DNA from: a virus
Taxonomy: Duplodnaviria > Caudoviricetes
Length of the DNA stretch: 57,281 nucleotides
Direction: 5' to 3' (one strand)
IMG/VR virus record: IMGVR_UViG_3300014838_000023
Location: 1-57,281 of that record
Shown here in pieces: positions 10,165 to 19,413 of the stretch. Both the position numbers and the translations under genes were made by a program. Position 1 is the stretch's first letter. Every line of letters starts with the position of its first letter. The notes under the pieces were generated by a model. That model saw only the letters and a program-made list of their open reading frames with translations, did no database searches and was not told where the DNA came from.

Positions 10165-10314
10165 TCAGAACCTCACGATCGCTTTGCCGTTGGTCGTCTT
10201 CGAGATCTTGAAGACCCCGATCTCGACGAAGCATCCCGGCGGCGTTGAGGCGGCCTCCTCACGCAAGCACATGATGTCGGTTTCGCCAACGACCGAAGGG
10301 GGTGCTTGGGTCAT
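10165..10314 (-). pseudogene. Internally deleted TylF/MycF-type O-methyltransferase remnant
   Basis: 49 codons: ...PPGCFVEIGVFK joined directly to a short tail ISKTTNGKAIVRF. Start overlaps the stop of the glycosyltransferase gene. Confidence 0.45.
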
Positions 10315-11891
10315 GCCGCTTCCAGTTCCGACTTCTTGACCATCACCGACACGATCGCGTCCCATACCTCTTCTCCGCCGATGTCGGCCTGACACTGAGC
10401 CACGCCCATCGGCTCCCCATCCGCAGCCATGGCCTTCGTGCAGGCGTCCCAGTTGTAATGAAGCTGATGACACGCCGGGGCTTCGTTGTCGCCACGGCCC
10501 TTGCAGATCGTGCTTTTCGACCAAAGAGGCGTCGTGTTGACCCAGTCGCGAGTCAGGTTCTCGTGCGTCGAGTGCGACAGGAAACAGATCTTCGGCATCG
10601 GCTCGCAGCACATCGCGTTGAGCACGCCGGTCTCGGGGCCGATGATCAGGTCACACTCGAGTGCGAAGGCCAGCGATTGACGAATGCTCCACTTGCCGCA
10701 AGTCCGCATCACGCGCGGCTCTTTTTCCCAAGCCGCTTCGAGAAGCACGCCGTCAGGTCCACCGACCAGCACCACCTTCACATCGGTGTGGAGCATGAAG
10801 GTGGCAATAATCGGATCCAGGCCTGCCCACGTCTTATGGACCGCGCTCCCGGCAAGGGACCAGAGCACGACAGGCCCATCGCCCAGATCCTTGCGAATCT
10901 TCCGAGCCCAAGCCTTCTCTTCCGCTGTCGCATAGAACTTCACCTGAGGCTTGTGAGGGACCTTGGCCAGCGCGTGCTGGTACTCGAGATAGTTGTGATT
11001 GGCCACCATGTGGCGCGCGCCAGGCGCGGCCAGGAACAGCGACCGGCCGGGGATCGCGAGGAAGGCCCCTTCCACCGATTCGCTGAGGTTGACGAAGCGG
11101 TCGTACTTCTTCGCGTGCCATGCCCAGAACGGCCCCAGATCGCCGTTTGGCACCTGGTCCTTGTCGAAGAGGACCATCTTGTCGATGTGCGGGTCGTGCT
11201 TGAGCACGTCGCTGCCCGGGGGAGACGCAAAGAGCGTGATGTGAAATCCCTGCTCCTTCAGTCCGGCGAGAACCGAACTCGCCTGAATGTTGTCACCAAA
11301 GGCGCCGTAGCGGATCACGAGCGCCGTCTTCTCGGGCTTCGCTGCCTCCCACGTGTGGTAGTTGGCCTTGCCGAACGGCATCTTCTTGAAGACCAGCAAG
11401 AACGAGTACTCCCGGTCCTCGTTGCGGTCCTGCTTCTCGATCAGATCCCACCCGTTGGGCATCTTCGCAATGACATCGTCGGGCATGAAGTCGTGAAGGT
11501 GCGTCGGGTTGCCTCCGGGCTGGCCGATGTTCGGATAGAAGAGCTTGTGCGGCAGGTAGAGCACGAGCAAGCCATTCGGCTTGACAACCCGCCACCATTC
11601 GCGAAGCACCGCCTCGGTGTCCTTGAGATGCTCGAGCGTGTGACTGCTGAAGACCCAGTCCTGGGACTGGCTGGCAATCATGTCCAGCTTTTCCACGTTG
11701 CACCGGATGTCGGGTCGCATCGGATGCCCGAACACGATCGAGTGATTCAGATTGTCGACCGTCGTCGCGTGCGGCAGGATGCGGAAGTCCCCGGCACCCA
11801 GATCGAGGCCGCGGCCGCGCAGATAGGGCGCGACTTCCCAAACGATTTTTCGGGCCTCGTTGCCCATCGGATCTTCAGCTTTCCAGACCAT
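10311..11891 (-). CDS. SAM methyltransferase fused to GT9 (heptosyltransferase-like) glycosyltransferase
   Basis: N-terminal GLDLGAG...FSSHTLEH...WWRVVKPNG. C-terminal VIRYGAFGD...K.W...DLIIGPETG. Confidence 0.8.
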   Translation of the reverse strand: MVWKAEDPMGNEARKIVWEVAPYLRGRGLDLGAGDFRILPHATTVDNLNHSIVFGHPMRPDIRCNVEKLDMIASQSQDWVFSSHTLEHLKDTEAVLREWWRVVKPNGLLVLYLPHKLFYPNIGQPGGNPTHLHDFMPDDVIAKMPNGWDLIEKQDRNEDREYSFLLVFKKMPFGKANYHTWEAAKPEKTALVIRYGAFGDNIQASSVLAGLKEQGFHITLFASPPGSDVLKHDPHIDKMVLFDKDQVPNGDLGPFWAWHAKKYDRFVNLSESVEGAFLAIPGRSLFLAAPGARHMVANHNYLEYQHALAKVPHKPQVKFYATAEEKAWARKIRKDLGDGPVVLWSLAGSAVHKTWAGLDPIIATFMLHTDVKVVLVGGPDGVLLEAAWEKEPRVMRTCGKWSIRQSLAFALECDLIIGPETGVLNAMCCEPMPKICFLSHSTHENLTRDWVNTTPLWSKSTICKGRGDNEAPACHQLHYNWDACTKAMAADGEPMGVAQCQADIGGEEVWDAIVSVMVKKSELEAA

Positions 11892-11894
11892 GGC

Positions 11895-12683
11895 TTAGTG
11901 TGTGTAGGTGTAAGTGGAATGGAGGGGCTCGGTCACCAGAGGCAGGCCGACGAACTCGACCTCCTTCGGAACGCAGAGCATATTCAACGAGTAGATCTCA
12001 CCGAACACGTTGACCGGATTTCCCTTGCTGTTCTTCTCGTTGAAGAGCGGGACGAGATGCCAGTGACAACGGTAGCCGAGGTCTTCAACACAAGCAATCA
12101 AAGACGCCGACTTGTCCTTGCGATCGTTCTCGACATAGAGGAAGGGCCGGCATTCTCGGATCATGTCAGCCGAGCCACGTAGCACGTCTTCTTCCATGCC
12201 CTCGACGTCGATCTTCATGAAATTGCACTTGACGGTGAAGCGCACCAGTGGGACCGAATAGGTCTGATACTCCTTCGGAAGCTCGGGCAGCGACAGCGCC
12301 CCCGCGTTGCTTCTCGGATCCGACAGATCGAAGTCACCGCATGGGATGCTCCCGTCCTCGATGCCGACCGCTCCATGGATCGGAATCACATTGAAGAGCA
12401 TGTTCAGAGCCAACGTGCCACACAGCGCGTTGTAGATCATGCGCTGCGGCTCGACTGCATAGACCAGGCGCGCTTTCTTCGCGAAGACGAGGGTGTGCGC
12501 GCCGAAGTTTGCGCCGAGATCAGCCACGACCATGCCGGGCTGCAGCAGGAAGTCGAACAGGTCGGCTTCGCCCTGTGAGAACTCCCCGTACTCGAGGAAG
12601 CTCCTGGCGATGTACTTGTCTGCCAGAGGCAGCAGGATGCGGCCGTAGCGGCCCTCGACGACCTGAAAGGTCTGATTGCTCAA
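11895..12683 (-). CDS. FkbM-family methyltransferase
   Basis: DLGANFG...AVEPQ...KIDVEGME motifs. TTG start with AGGAG RBS. Confidence 0.8.
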   Translation of the reverse strand: MSNQTFQVVEGRYGRILLPLADKYIARSFLEYGEFSQGEADLFDFLLQPGMVVADLGANFGAHTLVFAKKARLVYAVEPQRMIYNALCGTLALNMLFNVIPIHGAVGIEDGSIPCGDFDLSDPRSNAGALSLPELPKEYQTYSVPLVRFTVKCNFMKIDVEGMEEDVLRGSADMIRECRPFLYVENDRKDKSASLIACVEDLGYRCHWHLVPLFNEKNSKGNPVNVFGEIYSLNMLCVPKEVEFVGLPLVTEPLHSTYTYTH

Positions 12684-12769
12684 AGCGGGCGCTCCTGCGA
12701 TGGGATGCCCGTGATTGTAGCGATGGCCGGTTACGAATCCGGCTACCTTCGCCGCAGTGGCTGGTACGG

Positions 12770-12928
12770 TTACAGCTTGCCGAGAAGCAGCAAGATCAGC
12801 ACGACAATCAGGATGAAGCCGATCGCGCCGCTGGGAGCATAGCCGTAGCTCGTCTGCGCAACTCCCGGGAAGGCCCCGACGAGCAGCAGGATCAAGACAA
12901 CCAGAAGGACCAGGCCGAGCGTGCTCAT
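12770..12928 (-). CDS. DUF3309-like small membrane protein
   Basis: Manual translation: MSTLGLVLLVVLILLLVGAFPG...YGYAPSGAIGFILIVVLILLLLGKL (52 aa). Confidence 0.7.
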   Translation of the reverse strand: MSTLGLVLLVVLILLLVGAFPGVAQTSYGYAPSGAIGFILIVVLILLLLGKL

Positions 12929-13179
12929 ACCATTTTCTCCGAAGCCGTCTTCTGCGCCGCCGCATCGGCCGCCTTGGCGGCGTCGTCCAGCGAGAAGAGA
13001 GCGGTCAGTTGCGCATCCGTGATGTCGGCGCCCGACGTGTTGGCCGACTGTACGGCGGCCATGACGCCTTGCACCAGCGTCAGCGCCAGCGTGACGTTCG
13101 GAGGCAGGAAGGGCATCACTGCCGGCAATGCGGCCTGGAAGTCCTGCGCGATCGTGGACAGGGTTGCGTTGGTCGTCAT
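12925..13179 (-). CDS. Hypothetical protein in lysis cassette
   Basis: 84 aa with coupled start/stop codons on both sides. Confidence 0.55.
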   Translation of the reverse strand: MTTNATLSTIAQDFQAALPAVMPFLPPNVTLALTLVQGVMAAVQSANTSGADITDAQLTALFSLDDAAKAADAAAQKTASEKMV

Positions 13180-13517
13180 GGCGTGGTCACTCCGGTCTGA
13201 GTCTTGAGGGCCGCGAGTTGCGCGAGCTCGGATGTGAGCTGCGACGCCGCGTTCGTCGGATCGGTGGCACTCAGCGTCTTGGCCAACTGGATACCGGTTC
13301 GGATCAGGTCGAGCTTAGCTTGAATGGCCTGGTCCTGCGCCACCGTGATCTTCTTGGCGACGAGCAGCGCCGTGGTGGCCTGGCGCACGGTCGTCACGGC
13401 CTGGATGCCAATGGCCGCCTTGTCGTTGAAGGTGGCTGTCGGGACCACCGTGGTGCCGGTGGTCGTACAGGCGACCATCCAGACACAGAAACACAGGGCT
13501 GTCAGGAATCGCTTCAT
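13176..13517 (-). CDS. Lipoprotein, possible spanin component
   Basis: Signal peptide with lipobox-like MVAC, within the lysis cassette. Confidence 0.55.
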   Translation of the reverse strand: MKRFLTALCFCVWMVACTTTGTTVVPTATFNDKAAIGIQAVTTVRQATTALLVAKKITVAQDQAIQAKLDLIRTGIQLAKTLSATDPTNAASQLTSELAQLAALKTQTGVTTP

Positions 13518-13957
13518 GGTGCGCCTTTCGTTGGGGGTGTTGGGGGTTTCATGCCTGCAGCAATGATCTGAGCATCAGTCCATCCGTCTTTGACCATGGT
13601 GTCATAGGCGGCTTGCGGCAACTCGATCAGGTACGAAGAAGCGGGCGCCGGGGTTGGTGCGGGCGCTGCCACTGCCGCAGCAGGCTTGGTCGTTGCGGTG
13701 ACGAGGATCGCCGGCTTCGTAGGATCGGGCACGCTGACCGTAGTCGTCTTGTCGGGAGGACTATCGGCCGCGCCATCGAAGAACCACCCGAAGGCCGTCG
13801 CCTTGCCTCCGCCGATCTCACGGATGACGAGAGTCGCGAGTCCGACCGCGACCGCACTCAGGTTGTTGGCGTAGATGAAGATGCCGACGCCGGCAGCGAT
13901 GAGCCCGAGGGTACAAACAAACGCAAGGCAGAACCGCTGCCAGTTCAGACGTCTCAT
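13514..13957 (-). CDS. Membrane protein, holin candidate
   Basis: Two N-terminal hydrophobic segments, immediately downstream of the endolysin. Confidence 0.5.
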   Translation of the reverse strand: MRRLNWQRFCLAFVCTLGLIAAGVGIFIYANNLSAVAVGLATLVIREIGGGKATAFGWFFDGAADSPPDKTTTVSVPDPTKPAILVTATTKPAAAVAAPAPTPAPASSYLIELPQAAYDTMVKDGWTDAQIIAAGMKPPTPPTKGAP

Positions 13958-13964
13958 GGGCTCG

Positions 13965-13976
13965 CAGCATATGCTG
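13965..13976. promoter_or_regulatory. Palindromic operator-like site CAGCATATGCTG
   Basis: Perfect palindrome in an intergenic gap. Related copies at 31309, 41720 and 41759. Confidence 0.45.
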
Positions 13977-13990
13977 ACTGAGCGGGGGCG

Positions 13991-14512
13991 TCAAGGAGCC
14001 AGCAAATCCTGGGCTGCGGCTCTCAGGTCGATGGAAATTCGCCCCGCCCAGCCTCTGCCCGCAGATGGCCAGTTCTTGAGCGAGCGCATGAAGTCCAGCC
14101 GCTCGGCGATGAAGTTGAGATCGAGCACCGCGGGGTTGGCTGCAGTCGCCGCGGCCTTGGTGACCGGACCCCAGTTGCCGTCAGCTGCCACGCCGAGCGC
14201 GCGCTGCAGACACAGGACGGCCTCGTGGATGCCGCTGTTGACCGCAAAGTCGAGGGCTTGGAATGCGAAGCGGTCGGGCATCTGATCGGCGTCGACCTTG
14301 AGCCAGAAAAGCTGGTAGTAGATGGCCTGCGCTTGCGCTACGGTCAGATTGGCGATGGTCGTCCCGGCGGGAACGCCGATGTTGAGCGCGACGGCCTCGC
14401 GCAGGACCGGCCAGGTGATGCCGAAATTCGTCTCGCCGCCCGGATCTGCCGGGTCGTTGACGTAGCCCCCCTCGGCTTGCAGGACTCGCGCGATGGCAGT
14501 GGCGAAGCTCAT
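13991..14512 (-). CDS. Endolysin, glycoside hydrolase family 108
   Basis: EGGYVNDPADPGGETNFGIT and DFAVNSG motifs, followed by a peptidoglycan-binding region (LQRALGVAADG). Confidence 0.9.
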   Translation of the reverse strand: MSFATAIARVLQAEGGYVNDPADPGGETNFGITWPVLREAVALNIGVPAGTTIANLTVAQAQAIYYQLFWLKVDADQMPDRFAFQALDFAVNSGIHEAVLCLQRALGVAADGNWGPVTKAAATAANPAVLDLNFIAERLDFMRSLKNWPSAGRGWAGRISIDLRAAAQDLLAP

Positions 14513-14823
14513 TTGTTGAGGAAAAACCGAACGGCACTCCAAAAGGTCAACGCAAGCATCCAGATGCCGATGCCTCGGTTGACCCATTTGGCCAGATCGG
14601 CCGTCACCGCATCGATCCGGGTCGAATTCACTGCAGACTGCGTCTCAAGGTCTCCGAGACGTTGCCCCTGATTCATCTGCCGTTCTTCCACTCGGATCAG
14701 GGTTTGAAGAGCCTCGGCCATCCTGTCGACTTTTTGCTCGAGACGCACGAAGTCGAACTCTGAGACCGCCTTCATTCGAGAAGGATTGAGCGGCATGTGG
14801 TCGCTGTCTTGGTCGTCGTTCAT
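14509..14823 (-). CDS. Coiled-coil plus C-terminal TM protein (holin/XhlA-like)
   Basis: LIRVEERQ coiled coil and one C-terminal TM helix, directly upstream of the endolysin. Confidence 0.55.
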   Translation of the reverse strand: MNDDQDSDHMPLNPSRMKAVSEFDFVRLEQKVDRMAEALQTLIRVEERQMNQGQRLGDLETQSAVNSTRIDAVTADLAKWVNRGIGIWMLALTFWSAVRFFLNK

Positions 14824-15440
14824 CGCACTCGTCGAGCTCGCAGGGTCCCGTAAGCCGAAACAGTGCCGGCCGAGAAGGTCGCGGAGGCCACCAGATACAC
14901 GGTCGTCGTCGCAGAGATCGACAATCGCACGTCGTTGCCACCTTCAGTCTGCAGACCGGTGTCGAGAGTCAGACTGGACTGGTCTTGAGCCAGGGCGTCG
15001 GGGCCCAGCCCGCTGCCTCCAGCCTGAGTCGGCAGCGTCGCACTGACGAGAGACGGGCCACATTGCATAAGGTTCGACGTCGCCGCTCCGAGATTGAAGT
15101 CGACGATACCATTCACGTCCCAGTCTCCGGCCGTCAAGCTGATCGAGGTGACGTTGGCTGGCGTTACAGTAGTCAGACTGACGGCGGACCCGGAGGCCAC
15201 CGTCGAAGTGACGATCTCACCCACGTACCCTGCCGCAGCGTTGCTGTTCGTCGTGACGCCCAGCACGCCGTTGCGCGCCGCCGCCTGCGAAGGATCGACG
15301 TAGCCCGTCGGGACCGTGGTGACCGTTGCAGGGTTGCTGCGCAGGTAGTACGTGCCGCTCTGGAAGTAGGCTTGCCACGGCGAGCCATCGGCGTTGATGC
15401 CTTCGGCAAAGGCGTACGGCTGGGTGCTGTCGAAGGCCAT
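14820..15440 (-). CDS. Virion structural protein
   Basis: AAAGYVGE...SISLTAGDWDV...LRARRVR beta-rich domain seen in phage structural proteins. Confidence 0.55.
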   Translation of the reverse strand: MAFDSTQPYAFAEGINADGSPWQAYFQSGTYYLRSNPATVTTVPTGYVDPSQAAARNGVLGVTTNSNAAAGYVGEIVTSTVASGSAVSLTTVTPANVTSISLTAGDWDVNGIVDFNLGAATSNLMQCGPSLVSATLPTQAGGSGLGPDALAQDQSSLTLDTGLQTEGGNDVRLSISATTTVYLVASATFSAGTVSAYGTLRARRVR

Positions 15441-15500
15441 GGGTCAGGTCTTTCTGTAGAGAGCGAGCATTTCGTCAGCATCGAGAGGAACAATTATCCG

Positions 15501-15932
15501 TCAGGACCTATCAAGCATATTGTTCCGCTCGATAAATCCGCCGGTATCTCCATACCAGAGATCTGTGTGTTCTCCCGTGTAGAGATCGTCCGTTCCCTTC
15601 ATGTCGATGCGCTTGAAGCCCTCGCGAAACGACTCGGGGTTCGTGTCCTTCGACACGTCCGTTTCTCCGGCTGTGACGAGCGGCATCGACTCGATGTCGG
15701 CAGCCCACTGGTTGTCGAGTTCCATTCCCGGCGGCATGCCATTGAACTTGCTCGTGTCGAAGTCGGCCGAGTCCTTCGCGAGGAACGAAGGCACGTTTTC
15801 CTGCGACTTGCGGGCAGCACCAAGAACCGGCGCAACACGGGAATTCGACCATGGCGCCCACTTGTCCGGAACCTCGTCGTTGTGCACGACGGGGCCGCTG
15901 ATCTGGCTCTTTTCTTGAAAAAACCCGGGCAT
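15501..15932 (-). CDS. Hypothetical virion-associated protein (paralog of 16010-16438)
   Basis: Shares a KFNxxPPGMxxxNQ motif with the neighbouring gene. AGGAG RBS. Confidence 0.55.
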   Translation of the reverse strand: MPGFFQEKSQISGPVVHNDEVPDKWAPWSNSRVAPVLGAARKSQENVPSFLAKDSADFDTSKFNGMPPGMELDNQWAADIESMPLVTAGETDVSKDTNPESFREGFKRIDMKGTDDLYTGEHTDLWYGDTGGFIERNNMLDRS

Positions 15933-15945
15933 GTTGATCTCCTAG

Positions 15946-15972
15946 AAAAAAGGGCCCACGAAAGGGCCCTTT
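15946..15972 (-). terminator. Rho-independent terminator
   Basis: Minus strand AAAGGGCCC-TTTCGT-GGGCCC-TTTTTT after the capsid gene block. Confidence 0.7.
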
Positions 15973-16009
15973 GCAAAAACGTGATGGCCTTGCTCGACCT
16001 CGTCGGAGC

Positions 16010-16438
16010 TTACTCCGGAATGTCGCGCGGCTTCGGCATCCATCCGTCACCGGGATAGGACTCCTCGGTGACCTTGTAGAGCTTCATCTCGTTGATCTCG
16101 GCATTCTCCTGGTTGGAGATGTCCATGCCGGGCGGCAAGAAGTTGAACTTCGCCGCCTCGCCGTAGGTCGTGCCGCCCTTGTCGAGATAGCCGTCCACGA
16201 CGAAGCCTGAACGCTCGCCGATGTCGTCGTACAGACCTTCCAGGCCCCCGATCTTCGCGGGCGGCCCATCGTTCAACGGATCGGCGAACTTGTCGCGCTG
16301 GGCGTTGCCTTTCATCTGGCCATCGTTGATGGCCGGACGATTCGGAGCGCTCGCCGAGCGCGGTTGCGTGGCCTTGGCGACCGGTCGCTCTGCGTACTTG
16401 GTGCCGTACTCTTTGGCGGTCGAAACATTCTTCGGCAT
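16010..16438 (-). CDS. Hypothetical virion-associated protein
   Basis: MPKNVSTAKEY..., with an AAGGGG RBS after the preceding gene's stop. Confidence 0.55.
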   Translation of the reverse strand: MPKNVSTAKEYGTKYAERPVAKATQPRSASAPNRPAINDGQMKGNAQRDKFADPLNDGPPAKIGGLEGLYDDIGERSGFVVDGYLDKGGTTYGEAAKFNFLPPGMDISNQENAEINEMKLYKVTEESYPGDGWMPKPRDIPE

Positions 16439-16449
16439 GTCGTTCCCCT

Positions 16450-16965
16450 TCAGTTGCTCACCAGAGCGTTCGGCTGGATGCTGTACTCGGCCGCGAAGAC
16501 GGAGACCGCCGTCGCATCCGTGCCGCGCACGATCTGCAGCGTGTCGCCGGGCTGCATCACGAAGCCGCCGTCGACCGAGGCCCCCTGCTGCACCGTCGCC
16601 GTGCCGGTGCCCGACAACTGAACCCGCGTCACGATGCCCACCGTCGCGGTCGTGGTCGCCGTGCCGGTCGACAGCGAGAACGGCCCGTGCGTGGCCGTCG
16701 TGACGGCCGTGCCGTTGTTGACGTGGATCACGCTGAAGTTGTCGGCCGCGATCGAGACGACCGTGCCGGTGCCGTTCCACAGCGTCTGCGTCGACGTGCT
16801 GACGGCGCTCGTCGCCGCCTCGACCGCGAATACCAGCAGGTTGGTGAAGGCGACGAACTTGCTGAACTGCGTCGCCGAACCGGCGCCGGCTGCGTTCATG
16901 CCGAAGTTGTGCACCAGCCGCGCGACCGTCGCCGCGTTGTCGTACGCCATGCTTTTCTGGGTCAT
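16450..16965 (-). CDS. Capsid decoration/cement protein candidate
   Basis: T/A/V-rich beta protein immediately downstream of the major capsid gene. Confidence 0.55.
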   Translation of the reverse strand: MTQKSMAYDNAATVARLVHNFGMNAAGAGSATQFSKFVAFTNLLVFAVEAATSAVSTSTQTLWNGTGTVVSIAADNFSVIHVNNGTAVTTATHGPFSLSTGTATTTATVGIVTRVQLSGTGTATVQQGASVDGGFVMQPGDTLQIVRGTDATAVSVFAAEYSIQPNALVSN

Positions 16966-16978
16966 GTCGTTCTCCCTT

Positions 16979-17968
16979 TCAGACCACGCTGTCCCACTTC
17001 ACGATGCGAGCGTTCGCAGCGAGAGTGTGGACGATTCCGAAACCACCGAGGTAGTAGTAAGCCACCCCCTTGGACCGGCCGTAATCGGTCGGGATCTTGC
17101 CGCGCATTTCCTCTGGCACGGCGATGGCCTCGGCCACCGTGTCGTTGCCGAAGAAGAAGATCCAGTCCGATTTGGCCTGAGACCAGCCGACCATGTCGCC
17201 GCCGTTCGCCGTCGAGATACCGGTCGTGCCGATGCCCTTGGCGATGTTGGTCTGCTCGACGTACCGGACGTTCTCGTAGCGGCCGATCTCGCCGTTCATG
17301 ATCAGCTTGAATCCGGTGTCCGAGTACTGGTGGATCGTCTCGAGGTTGTTCTTGAAGGCGCGCAGCGTCGTCGGCCATGCCAGGGCGTAGTAGTCGTCGC
17401 CCAGGTACGCCGGGATGTTGCGTTCCTTCATCAGGTCGACCAGCGACTTCGCGTGGGCGTTGCCGTAGGCGATCGTGTTGGTGCCGGTGACCGTGCCGTT
17501 GGTGTACAGCGTCAGCGCCGCGGTGTCCGTGCCGGAGACGGGGATCACGCGCAGCAGCGTCGCATTGAACTGCGTCCATGCCAGGCGGTCGAACGTCTTG
17601 ACGGCGTCGTTCTTCAGGACCTTCTGGATCAGCTCCATCACCGGGAACTTCGACAGGTTGTCGAGCTTGCCGGTATAGGGAACGCTGTTGCCCGCTTCCG
17701 TCATCGTCAGGGTGCCCTGCGTGATCGTGAAGTTGGTCTCGGGCATCGTGTTCGTTTCCGTCAACACGCCGCCGGCCGTAGCTACGTCAGAGAAGACGTC
17801 CCACGTGAAGATGTCGCCCTTTTTCTTGCCTTGCTGCGCCGCGTCGCGAACGTCGGCGAACTGCCGGAATTTCACGAGCGGTTGGACCGCCATGCGCAGC
17901 ACGTTGCTCAACTGACGCGAGTACATGTACCCGCCCAGCGAGTTCACCGCCCAGACCTGACCTGCCAT
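16979..17968 (-). CDS. Major capsid protein (N4-gp56-like)
   Basis: 329 aa with VKFRQFADV, GEIGRYENVRYVE and DYGRSKGVAYY. Follows the scaffold gene. Confidence 0.85.
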   Translation of the reverse strand: MAGQVWAVNSLGGYMYSRQLSNVLRMAVQPLVKFRQFADVRDAAQQGKKKGDIFTWDVFSDVATAGGVLTETNTMPETNFTITQGTLTMTEAGNSVPYTGKLDNLSKFPVMELIQKVLKNDAVKTFDRLAWTQFNATLLRVIPVSGTDTAALTLYTNGTVTGTNTIAYGNAHAKSLVDLMKERNIPAYLGDDYYALAWPTTLRAFKNNLETIHQYSDTGFKLIMNGEIGRYENVRYVEQTNIAKGIGTTGISTANGGDMVGWSQAKSDWIFFFGNDTVAEAIAVPEEMRGKIPTDYGRSKGVAYYYLGGFGIVHTLAANARIVKWDSVV

Positions 17969-18011
17969 GTCCGTTCTCCCTGCAGAGAACCGGCGGATCA
18001 GACCTGGGGTT

Positions 18012-19112
18012 TCAGCCCCTCAGTCTGTGAGACCCCCCGCGAGCCTTGCTCATTTGCGCGAGGATCTCTTGCACCGACGGTTCAGGTTCGTCTTCCGACT
18101 GCGTCGGCGGCGCCTTGCCCCCTGCGGGAATCGGCACAGCCGGAGCAGCTGCCTTGCGAGCCGCCTTCTCGAGGAGTGGATCTGCGGGTGGTGCCGCAGC
18201 AGTTGGTCCGGCAATCGACTTGACCCAGGCCCTGACTTCGTCACCGATTTCCCGGTAGCGGACCATGAACGGGCGTTTGTCGCCTGCCTTGACCATCTCG
18301 TTGTCCTTGTCCATGATCATCCGGTCCAGCCGGGGATCCTTGACGAGGTCAGCGTATTCCGTCTCGAAAGTGCGAATCGCGTCGTTGAACGCGAGCTTGG
18401 CGTCGATCGCTCTGTACACCTCGTCCGCAGAGACTGCGGGTGGAGGCGCAGGCGCCTTCAGTTTCCTGAGGGCAGCGACTGCCTCTTCGTCAGTGCCGAC
18501 TTGTAGGGCCCGGGCCAGGGCCAACAGCTCTGCGCTGTCGTCTGCAGAAACGTCCTTGACGGGTGGCTTCGGTGCAGCAAGGCTTTCGGCCTCGGCCCGT
18601 AGCTTAGCAGCTTTTTGAAACGTGTCATCAGCCGCCGCACTTTTTTGTGCAAGTTCGAGCAGTTCGTCTTCCGTGACTTCCTTCTCGACCCCGTTAATTT
18701 TCAGCTTGCGCTTGGCCGGCGGGGCCTCGGCAGCAGCGGCCGCTTCCGCGGCGGCACGAGCTTCGGCCGCAGCCTTCTCCTCTGCTGCGGCAGCGGCTTC
18801 GGCGGCCGCAGCCTCGTCGACCACTGGATTCCCGTCGTCGTCGATCTGACCTGGAACGAACTTCGAAGTCGTGTCGTCGTCGTGCACATCCACGAGCTCG
18901 TCGGCACGATCCTCGTCGGACTTCAGGCCGATGGCATTCAGCTTCGCCAAGCGCTTCTCGTTGGCGTTGCCCGTCTGCTCGTCGCCGGCCTGGATCTCGT
19001 CGAGAAGCGCCTGCTCCCCTTCGGTGATGGCGAGCAACATGCCGATCGGCGCAACCGTGCCGAGACCTCGCAGGTAGGGGAAGACTCGCGCTGTGCTATT
19101 CAGGTACTTCAT
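18012..19112 (-). CDS. Capsid scaffolding protein
   Basis: Acidic/Ala-rich, KLKINGVEKEVT motif, located between portal and capsid genes. Confidence 0.7.
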   Translation of the reverse strand: MKYLNSTARVFPYLRGLGTVAPIGMLLAITEGEQALLDEIQAGDEQTGNANEKRLAKLNAIGLKSDEDRADELVDVHDDDTTSKFVPGQIDDDGNPVVDEAAAAEAAAAAEEKAAAEARAAAEAAAAAEAPPAKRKLKINGVEKEVTEDELLELAQKSAAADDTFQKAAKLRAEAESLAAPKPPVKDVSADDSAELLALARALQVGTDEEAVAALRKLKAPAPPPAVSADEVYRAIDAKLAFNDAIRTFETEYADLVKDPRLDRMIMDKDNEMVKAGDKRPFMVRYREIGDEVRAWVKSIAGPTAAAPPADPLLEKAARKAAAPAVPIPAGGKAPPTQSEDEPEPSVQEILAQMSKARGGSHRLRG

Positions 19113-19413
19113 CTTGTCGACCTTCGAGTTGATGTTCGGCCATCAGACCGGTATTGATGGCTTCGGTGAGCCACCCGCGGAAATTCAACGCCCGCTTGGC
19201 GTCGCTTTGCAACCCCAGGATCTTGTCCGAATCGAATGCGCTGCACGCAGAGAGAGCCTTCAGGGCGTCCGCATACTCGCGGTCGACGCGCAGCATCAGG
19301 TAACGGCCGACGCCCGAGTGCATGAAGTCGTCGACCTCTCGGCCCAAGGCCGCGTACTCGAACAACTGCCTGCGCTTCTCCTCTTCGGAGATCTCTTCGC
19401 CTTCCTCGTCCAT
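19096..19413 (-). CDS. Small conserved protein downstream of portal
   Basis: 105 aa, coupled to the portal stop codon. Confidence 0.55.
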   Translation of the reverse strand: MDEEGEEISEEEKRRQLFEYAALGREVDDFMHSGVGRYLMLRVDREYADALKALSACSAFDSDKILGLQSDAKRALNFRGWLTEAINTGLMAEHQLEGRQDEVPE

